24,000 bases of DNA, taken from contig NC_018664.1 of assembly GCF_000299355.1 (NCBI RefSeq), forward strand, positions 655,115-679,114, read 5' to 3'. A model generated the notes under the pieces. It searched no databases. It saw only the letters and a program-made list of their open reading frames with translations, and was not told the origin of the DNA. This stretch comes from Gottschalkia acidurici 9a (lineage in GTDB: Bacteria > Bacillota > Clostridia > Tissierellales > Gottschalkiaceae). Within the stretch, counting starts at the first letter, position 1; every line of letters starts with the position of its first letter. A program made the position numbers and the translations under genes. Positions 18,150 to 24,000 of this stretch are shown piece after piece.

Positions 18150-18382
18150 ATAAACAAACTCCTTTCTCTACTTAGGATATGTATTAGTTATAGAATTTAT
18201 TTTGAAATTATTTTTATTTGAAATAAATAGGAGGCAAAGCTTCCTCAGTTGGTTCATAATATTATTAAATTACGTATTAAACTATAATCATAAAGTAATT
18301 AAACTATTGACTACAATTATGGATTGAGTAAAGTAAATATGTATGGTGTATCATGCATTAGATACAAAAAGGAGTGACCTAA

Positions 18383-18886
18383 ATGACAAGAGCTATCTTT
18401 TTAGATAGGGATGGCGTTATAAACGATAATACTAAGCATGTGAATAAACCGGAAGATCTTATTATATATGAGGAAGCCAAAAAAGGTATGAAAAAGCTTT
18501 ATGATAAAGGCTATGAATTATTTATAGTCACAAATCAAGGTGGAATAGAAATGGGGCACTTAATAGAAAGTGATCTAGATAAGATACATGCAAAGTTGGA
18601 AAAAGAGCTAGAGGACTACTGCAAGATAAGAGAGATAAAGTATTGTCCAGACTTCAACAAAAAATCATATTGTAGAAAGCCGAATCCAGGTATGCTTTTG
18701 GAATTAAAAGATAAGTATAAGATCGATATGAAAAATAGTTGGATGGTAGGAGACTTACAAACTGATATCGATGCAGGAATAAATGCAGGATGTAATACAG
18801 CTAAAATTGGAAAAAAGAGTCCAAATGCAGATATAGTAGGACAAAATTTAGACGAAGTAGCTGAAAAGATAATAAATCTAATTTAA
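18383..18886 (+). CDS. HAD-IIIA phosphatase, GmhB (D,D-heptose 1,7-bisphosphate phosphatase)/histidinol-phosphatase-like
   Basis: HAD motifs are present: FLDRDGVIN (I), VTNQ (II), CRKPNPGM (III) and GDLQTDIDAG (IV). 167 aa. AAGGAG SD. Confidence 0.85.
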   Translation: MTRAIFLDRDGVINDNTKHVNKPEDLIIYEEAKKGMKKLYDKGYELFIVTNQGGIEMGHLIESDLDKIHAKLEKELEDYCKIREIKYCPDFNKKSYCRKPNPGMLLELKDKYKIDMKNSWMVGDLQTDIDAGINAGCNTAKIGKKSPNADIVGQNLDEVAEKIINLI

Positions 18887-18891
18887 AACAA

Positions 18892-18945
18892 AAACCCGAA
18901 CATTAAATAAGAAATATTCTTATAAAGTTCGGGTTTATATGAATT
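18892..18945 (+). terminator. Rho-independent terminator after the HAD phosphatase gene
   Basis: aaacccgaac (18892-18901) pairs with gttcgggttt (18927-18936), with an inner ataagaa/ttcttat extension. A T-rich tail follows. Confidence 0.55.
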
Positions 18946-19044
18946 TTTATAAAAAAAGTACTAAAAAGATTCGGTAATACTATTGACCTCATACTCTTAT
19001 TTTAGTAATATTAATATATACTGTTTGAATACGGAGGGGAAGAG

Positions 19045-20448
19045 ATGTCAATGTATGATGCAATAATAGTAGGAGCTGGTCCATCAGGTATATTCACAGC
19101 TTATGAACTAATTAAGAATAATAAAGACTTAAAAGTCTTAATGATAGAAAAAGGAAGAAGTATAGAAAAAAGAATTTGTCCTAAAAGAAAATTAGGCAGA
19201 TGTGTAGAATGTAAACCATGCTCTATTACTACAGGTTTTGCAGGTGCAGGAGCATACTCAGATGGTAAATTATCACTTTCACCAGACGTTGGAGGTACGT
19301 TACCGGATATATTAGGATATGATAAAGCTCAAGATTTAATAAATGAAGCAGATAAAATCTATCTAAGCTTTGAAGCTGACTCAAACGTATATGGGTTAGA
19401 TAATCAAGAAAGAATAAATGCTATAAAAAAGAAAGCTATAGAAGCAAGCTTAAAATTGATAGATTGTCCAGTTCGTCACTTAGGAACGGAAGAAGGATAT
19501 AGAATATACTCAGAACTACAAAAACATTTATTAAACCAAGGAGTAGAGATATTATTCGATACAATGGTAGAAGAATTAATAATCGAAAATGGTGAAATTA
19601 AAGGTGTTGTAGCTAAAAGAGGTAAGGAAGAAACAAAAACTTATAATTCTGATAAAGTAGTTGTAGCTATAGGTAGAGAAGGTGCGGGTTGGTTTAGAGA
19701 AGTATGTAAATCAAATAAAATCAACGTAAAAGTTGGTACAGTAGATATAGGTGTTAGAGTAGAAGTAAGAGATGAAATAATGAAGGAAATAAACGAAACA
19801 CTTTATGAAAGTAAACTAGTTTACTATACTCCTACTTTTGATGATAAAGTTAGAGTTTTCTGCTCAAATCCTTCAGGAGAAGTTGCTACAGAGTATTATG
19901 ATGACGGACTAGCAGTAGTAAATGGACATGCATATAAATCTGACGATATGAAAACTAATAATACAAACTTTGCACTATTAGTTTCAAAAGAATTTACTGA
20001 GCCTTTCGAAGAGCCAATAGAATACGGAAAGCATATAGCTAAACTTGGAAACATGCTTTCAGGTGGAAAAATATTAGTTCAAAGATATGGAGACTTTAAA
20101 AGAGGAAGAAGAACAACAGAAGAGAGACTTAGAAGAAACAATATACATCACACTTTAAAAGATTCAGTACCAGGAGATCTTTCATTAGTTTTACCATATA
20201 GAATAATGAAAGATTTAGAGGAAATGATAGAGGCACTAGATAAAGTAGTGCCAGGAATGGCAAGTGATGAGACATTAATGTATGGTGTAGAAGTTAAATT
20301 CTATTCTAGTAAAGTAGTAGTAGATGATAAATTTGAAACAGAAATAAAAGGATTATATGCTGTAGGAGATGGAGCTGGAATTACAAGAGGACTTCAACAA
20401 GCCTCAGCTAACGGACTACAAGTTGCAAGAAATATATTAGGAAAATAA
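19045..20448 (+). CDS. FAD-dependent oxidoreductase of the uncharacterised COG2509-like family
   Basis: It has an N-terminal dinucleotide fold YDAIIVGAGPSGIFTAYEL..MIEKG and a C-terminal GLYAVGDGAGITRG. 467 aa. GGAGGGG SD. Confidence 0.85.
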   Translation: MSMYDAIIVGAGPSGIFTAYELIKNNKDLKVLMIEKGRSIEKRICPKRKLGRCVECKPCSITTGFAGAGAYSDGKLSLSPDVGGTLPDILGYDKAQDLINEADKIYLSFEADSNVYGLDNQERINAIKKKAIEASLKLIDCPVRHLGTEEGYRIYSELQKHLLNQGVEILFDTMVEELIIENGEIKGVVAKRGKEETKTYNSDKVVVAIGREGAGWFREVCKSNKINVKVGTVDIGVRVEVRDEIMKEINETLYESKLVYYTPTFDDKVRVFCSNPSGEVATEYYDDGLAVVNGHAYKSDDMKTNNTNFALLVSKEFTEPFEEPIEYGKHIAKLGNMLSGGKILVQRYGDFKRGRRTTEERLRRNNIHHTLKDSVPGDLSLVLPYRIMKDLEEMIEALDKVVPGMASDETLMYGVEVKFYSSKVVVDDKFETEIKGLYAVGDGAGITRGLQQASANGLQVARNILGK

Positions 20449-20464
20449 TCATATAAATATATAG

Positions 20465-20506
20465 AAGACCTATTTTCAAAGAAGTATTGAAAGTAGGTCT
20501 TTTTTG
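20465..20506 (+). terminator. Rho-independent terminator after the FAD protein gene
   Basis: aagacctattttcaa pairs with ttgaaagtaggtctt, followed by TTTTT. Confidence 0.7.
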
Positions 20507-20585
20507 TATAGAAAAACTAAATAAGTCAACAATCATATCATAAGTGCATAGAACATACTATCCTAGTATATGGAGGTATAAAGAT

Positions 20586-21668
20586 ATGAAAATAAAAAGT
20601 AAGGTAAATAAATTATACAAAGAGTACGTAAAAGGAAATAGCAATAACATACTACTAGTGGTATGTATATCAGGATTTATATTTGGTTTTTTTCTAGGAT
20701 ATTTACTAGTTGAAAGCGACAATATGGAACAATTACAAGCTCTAGAAGCTTCAAGTGAAAAAGATGTTAAGCAGGATCCTATAGTTAAAATAGCAAAGGA
20801 AGCATCTCCATCAATAGTAGTAGTAAAAAATAAGGCTTATATTCAGAAACAAGGTCAAAAAATATTAACAGATAGAGGAATTGGATCTGGAGTAGTTTAT
20901 AAAAAAGATGGATATATAATAACAAATCAACATGTTGTAAGGGGAGCTTCAGCAATATCTATAGTTCTAGATAACGGAGAAGAATATGAAGGACGTATTA
21001 TAGGAGAAGATGCTAAAACGGATCTAGCAGTTATAAAAATAGATAAAAATGACCTTAAAAGAGGTAACTTTGGTAATTCTGATGACTTAAAAGTAGGAGA
21101 AAGAGCCATAGCCATAGGAAGTCCTATTGGCCAAGAGTTTTCTGGCTCTGTAACATCAGGAATAATAAGTGCCACTAATAGAAGTATAAATATAGGTAAT
21201 AGGAAAGTAAACTTAATACAAACTGATGCAGCTATAAATCCTGGTAATAGTGGTGGAGCACTCATCAATGAAAATGGAGAAATCGTAGGTATAAATAGTT
21301 TAAAAATAGCATCATCACAGATTGAAGGGATGGCATTTGCCATACCTATAAATACCGTAACACCAATAGTAGATGAACTTATAGTGAACGGCTATATAAA
21401 AAGACCATGGCTAGGACTAGGACTTAAAAACTCCAAAAGTCCAGAAGGAGTATACATAGGAGGTATATCTAAAAATGGACCAGCAGACAAAAGTAATTTA
21501 GCCGTGGGCGATATAATAGTAAAAATAAATACTAATAGAGTTAGAAGTACAGTAGAACTATCTTCTATTATAGAAAAATACGATCCTAACGATAAAATAA
21601 AAGTTACTGTTAAAAGAGAGCAAAAAGAAATGCAAATTGATCTTATCCTCGGGGAGACATCTAAATGA
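20586..21668 (+). CDS. htrA: HtrA/DegP-family serine protease (S1C) with an N-terminal membrane anchor and a C-terminal PDZ domain
   Basis: The catalytic triad context is present: ITNQHVV (His), TDLAVIKI (Asp) and GNSGGALIN (Ser). The ATG at 20586 lies 9 nt after GGAGG (20572-20576) and is preferred over the track start at 20544. Confidence 0.92.
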   Translation: MKIKSKVNKLYKEYVKGNSNNILLVVCISGFIFGFFLGYLLVESDNMEQLQALEASSEKDVKQDPIVKIAKEASPSIVVVKNKAYIQKQGQKILTDRGIGSGVVYKKDGYIITNQHVVRGASAISIVLDNGEEYEGRIIGEDAKTDLAVIKIDKNDLKRGNFGNSDDLKVGERAIAIGSPIGQEFSGSVTSGIISATNRSINIGNRKVNLIQTDAAINPGNSGGALINENGEIVGINSLKIASSQIEGMAFAIPINTVTPIVDELIVNGYIKRPWLGLGLKNSKSPEGVYIGGISKNGPADKSNLAVGDIIVKINTNRVRSTVELSSIIEKYDPNDKIKVTVKREQKEMQIDLILGETSK

Positions 21669-21678
21669 TCTCCTTTTT
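21653..21678 (+). terminator. Weak candidate terminator overlapping the htrA stop
   Basis: GGAGA (21653-21657) pairs with TCTCC (21669-21673), followed by TTTTT. The stem is only 5 bp. Confidence 0.3.
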
Positions 21679-21753
21679 AGAGAGTATCCAAATTATTACA
21701 AAACCAACAACTATAAACAACGCTGAAAGTATAACTTCATAAACTAAATCCAT
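21661..21753 (-). CDS. Candidate 30-aa single-pass hydrophobic peptide
   Basis: Translation is MDLVYEVILSALFIVVGFVIIWILSKKEII. GAGGTG precedes the ATG, with the GAGG core 7 nt upstream. It lies in otherwise intergenic DNA, and its last 8 nt overlap the htrA 3' end convergently. It was too short for the ORF track. Confidence 0.35.
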   Translation of the reverse strand: MDLVYEVILSALFIVVGFVIIWILSKKEII

Positions 21754-22010
21754 GACTTCACCTCTTTTACATAATAGTTATATTAATTATTAAATAGGGA
21801 TATTTAGATACTAACTTCCTTGATAGGAAATTAGATACCAAGTTCTAAAATATAATGAAATCCATACTAAAGATCCTAATTTACTAATACCAACTAAAAG
21901 ATGTTGGCATTTATATAACTTACAATATGTTAAAACTAATTGCTTACTTATGAATAGTATTTGCAATATAAGATAAAAATATATATGAAATAAAATTGAG
22001 AGGTGAGAAA

Positions 22011-22739
22011 ATGAAGTCATTAATTGAAATCACGATACAAACACTTTTAGCTTTTTTCTCGATACTATACATAACTAGAATTTTAGGAAGGCAACAAGTG
22101 TCTCAGCTTACGGTTGCTGAATATATAAATGGAATAACATTTGGTTCTATAGCTGCAAACTTAGCTACAGATTTAGAAAATCATACTTGGCAACACTTGT
22201 TAGGAGTAATACTTTTCGGAGCACTTACTTATTTTGTAAATAAAGTTGCACTTAAAAAAAGAAGTTTAAGCAAAGTATTTCAAGGAGAACCTGTATTAGT
22301 TATTCAGGATGGCCAGATATTAGAAAGAAATTTAAAAAGGTTAGGATATAACGTAGATGACCTTATGGTGTTATTAAGGCAGCAAGACTGCTTCTCTCCT
22401 GATGATGTTGAGTTTGGTTTAATAGAGATGAACGGATCATTAAGTATTATAAAAGTAGGAGAGAAAAGGAATGTAACATTAGGTGATTTAAATATAACTC
22501 CATCAGATGAAAGTATACCTACAGAATTAATAATAGGTGGACAAATAATATATGAAAATTTAAAACAAAGAAAACTAACTGGAAAGCAGCTTATGAAAGA
22601 ACTAAACAAATATAAAATAGATAAAGTCTCTGAAGTTATGTATGCAACAGTAGATAGAAGTGGAAAATTTTATGTTGATAAATTTAAAGACAATATAAGA
22701 CCAGGAAGCGACTTAAGTGAAAATAATAAGGGTATATAG
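22011..22739 (+). CDS. DUF421 (YetF/YrbG-like) membrane protein
   Basis: MKSLIEITIQTLLAFFSILYITRILGRQQVSQLTVAEYINGITFGSIAA is the typical N-terminal two-TM region of the YetF family. The ATG at 22011 follows GAGAGGTGAG and is preferred over the track start at 21996. Confidence 0.8.
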   Translation: MKSLIEITIQTLLAFFSILYITRILGRQQVSQLTVAEYINGITFGSIAANLATDLENHTWQHLLGVILFGALTYFVNKVALKKRSLSKVFQGEPVLVIQDGQILERNLKRLGYNVDDLMVLLRQQDCFSPDDVEFGLIEMNGSLSIIKVGEKRNVTLGDLNITPSDESIPTELIIGGQIIYENLKQRKLTGKQLMKELNKYKIDKVSEVMYATVDRSGKFYVDKFKDNIRPGSDLSENNKGI

Positions 22740-22744
22740 AAGGG

Positions 22745-22773
22745 TTGACATAATTAAAAAAAGTATCTATAAT
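22745..22773 (+). promoter_or_regulatory. Consensus sigma-A promoter for the thrS leader
   Basis: TTGACA (22745-22750), 17-nt spacer, TATAAT (22768-22773). Both hexamers match the consensus perfectly. Confidence 0.6.
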
Positions 22774-22789
22774 TTAAGATATTATATAA

Positions 22790-23036
22790 AGTAAGCTAAA
22801 GCTATGATAGGACGAGTAAATTAGATGTAGTCTATAGAGAGGGGTTGCCTGGGCTGGAAGCACCCTAGATGAAGCTGATTGAAAACTACCCTTGAGTTGA
22901 GCCCGAAAGGGATATCCGTTGATGACGTTATAATCATTAGAGAAAACTATGTAAAATATATAGTTTTAAATTAGGGTGGTACCGTGTGAATATATAACTC
23001 TCACCCCTAGAACTTCTAGGGATGAGAGTTTTTTTA
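22790..23036 (+). promoter_or_regulatory. T-box riboswitch leader (threonine-specific) controlling thrS
   Basis: Elements seen are: Stem I AGAGA (22836-22840); a specifier loop with AGUA on the 5' side and GAAA-ACU-A on the 3' side (ACU Thr codon, 22885-22887); the T-box AGGGTGGTACCGTG (22973-22986) with UGGU for the tRNA acceptor end; and a terminator hairpin. Confidence 0.85.
22998..23036 (+). terminator. T-box attenuator terminator
   Basis: ctctcacccctag pairs with ctagggatgagag (one mismatch), followed by TTTTTTT. Confidence 0.8.
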
Positions 23037-23055
23037 TTAAGAAAGGAGAATTTCA

Positions 23056-24000
23056 ATGTCAAAAATAAAAATTACATTGCCAGACGGATCAGTTAGAGAG
23101 TTTGACAATGGTGTTAAAGTTATAGATATAGCAAGAGATATAAGTGAAGGACTTTCAAGAGTAGTATTAGGAGCTAAAGTTAATGGAGAGCTTAAAGGTC
23201 TTAATGATGAAGTAAATGAAGATAGTGATGTATCTTTATTAAAATTTGAAGATGAAGAAGGAAGAGAAATCTTCAGACATACAAGTGCACATATACTAGC
23301 ACAAGCGGTAAAAAGACTTTTCCCAGATTCAAAACTTGCAATAGGACCAGCTATAAAAGATGGATTTTATTATGATATAGATACTGAGCATAGATTTACA
23401 CCAGAAGATTTAGAAGCAATAGAAAAAGAAATGAAAAAGATAGCAAAAGAAGATCTTTTAATAGAAAGATTTGTTCTAGATAGAGAAGAAGCTCTTGAAT
23501 ATTTAAAGGGACTGGGAGGAGAAGACTATAAACTAGAATTAGTACAAGACTTACCAGCAGGAACTGAAATATCATTCTACAAACAAGGTGATTTCACAGA
23601 CCTTTGTAGAGGGCCACATTTACCAAGTACTAAAAAAGTTAAGTCAGTAAAATTAACTTCAATAGCAGGAGCATATTGGAGAGGCGATGAAAAAAGACCA
23701 ATGCTTCAAAGAATATATGGAACTTCATTTGAAAAGAATAAAGATCTAGAAGCTTATCTAACAATGCTAGAAGAAGCTAAGAAAAGAGATCATAGAAAAC
23801 TAGGAAAAGAGCTAGGATTATTCTCAATGCATAATGAGGGACCAGGATTCCCATTCTTCCATCCAAAAGGAATGGTACTTTGGAACACTATACAAAACTT
23901 CTGGAAAGCTGAGCATATAAAAAGAGGTTATGGAGAAATAAAAACACCACTTATATTAAATAGAGACTTATGGCTTCAATCAGGACACTGGGATCACTAT
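23056..24000 (+). CDS. thrS: Threonine--tRNA ligase; partial, the N-terminal 315 codons run off the window
   Basis: MSKIKITLPDGSVREFDNGVKVIDIARDISEGLSR is a TGS domain. This is followed by the second additional domain (HTSAHILAQAVKRLFP) and the start of the class II core (RDHRKLGKELGLF). AAGGAG SD. The frame stays open to position 24000. Confidence 0.93.
   Translation, partial: MSKIKITLPDGSVREFDNGVKVIDIARDISEGLSRVVLGAKVNGELKGLNDEVNEDSDVSLLKFEDEEGREIFRHTSAHILAQAVKRLFPDSKLAIGPAIKDGFYYDIDTEHRFTPEDLEAIEKEMKKIAKEDLLIERFVLDREEALEYLKGLGGEDYKLELVQDLPAGTEISFYKQGDFTDLCRGPHLPSTKKVKSVKLTSIAGAYWRGDEKRPMLQRIYGTSFEKNKDLEAYLTMLEEAKKRDHRKLGKELGLFSMHNEGPGFPFFHPKGMVLWNTIQNFWKAEHIKRGYGEIKTPLILNRDLWLQSGHWDHY

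Noticed and set aside
20927-21343. A 138-aa minus-strand ORF antisense to htrA, and a 101-aa ORF (22304..22609) antisense to the DUF421 gene
   Set aside because: The reasoning is the same: each is fully nested antisense to a gene with clear family motifs.
21811-22020. A 69-aa minus-strand ORF in the htrA / DUF421 intergenic region
   Set aside because: The sequence is Leu/Ile/Tyr/Phe-rich and low-complexity. There is no SD, and its start overlaps the SD and start of the DUF421 gene. It is most likely an AT-rich artefact.
1554-22020. Upstream-extended start codons in the ORF track (9230 glgC, 13034 glgP, 15439 GH13, 20544 htrA, 21996 DUF421)
   Set aside because: Each extension lacks an SD and/or overlaps the preceding gene. 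Downstream ATGs with GGAG-type SDs at proper spacing also match the canonical N-termini.
1-24000. CRISPR arrays, tRNA/rRNA genes, and multi-gene defence or toxin-antitoxin cassettes
   Set aside because: No regularly spaced repeats, no cloverleaf-like or rRNA-like segments, and no clustered unknown genes were seen. Apart from the IS, the coding content is recognisable core metabolism or housekeeping.

Overview
This is an AT-rich, low-GC Firmicutes (Clostridia-like) chromosomal segment, and almost all of it is ordinary housekeeping DNA. The core is a co-directional glycogen operon: pgi-glgB-[insertion]-glgC-glgD-glgA-glgP-GH13 alpha-glycosidase. The flanking genes are a partial M3 oligoendopeptidase (pepF-like), a 1-Cys peroxiredoxin, an orphan MalK/MsmX-type ABC ATPase, a small cysteine-rich protein, a small secreted protein, a GmhB-like HAD phosphatase, a COG2509-type FAD protein, an HtrA protease, a DUF421/YetF-like membrane protein, and a T-box-controlled thrS (partial). 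The one accessory item is an ~1.8 kb IS607-family element inserted between glgB and glgC in the same orientation as the operon. Its serine-recombinase tnpA is badly decayed, with 5 stops, a frameshift and an internal deletion. Its tnpB (371 aa) is fully intact, including the RuvC D/E/D triad and zinc finger, and is followed by about 150 nt of structured non-coding DNA that is a candidate omegaRNA. I found no CRISPR array, no rRNA or tRNA, and no recognisable multi-gene defence island. Other findings are minor: a 30-codon hydrophobic ORF convergent with htrA, small repeat and palindrome motifs, and an unexplained 300-nt non-coding tail after the operon. Several ORF-track starts look over-extended, and better SD-supported starts are given.
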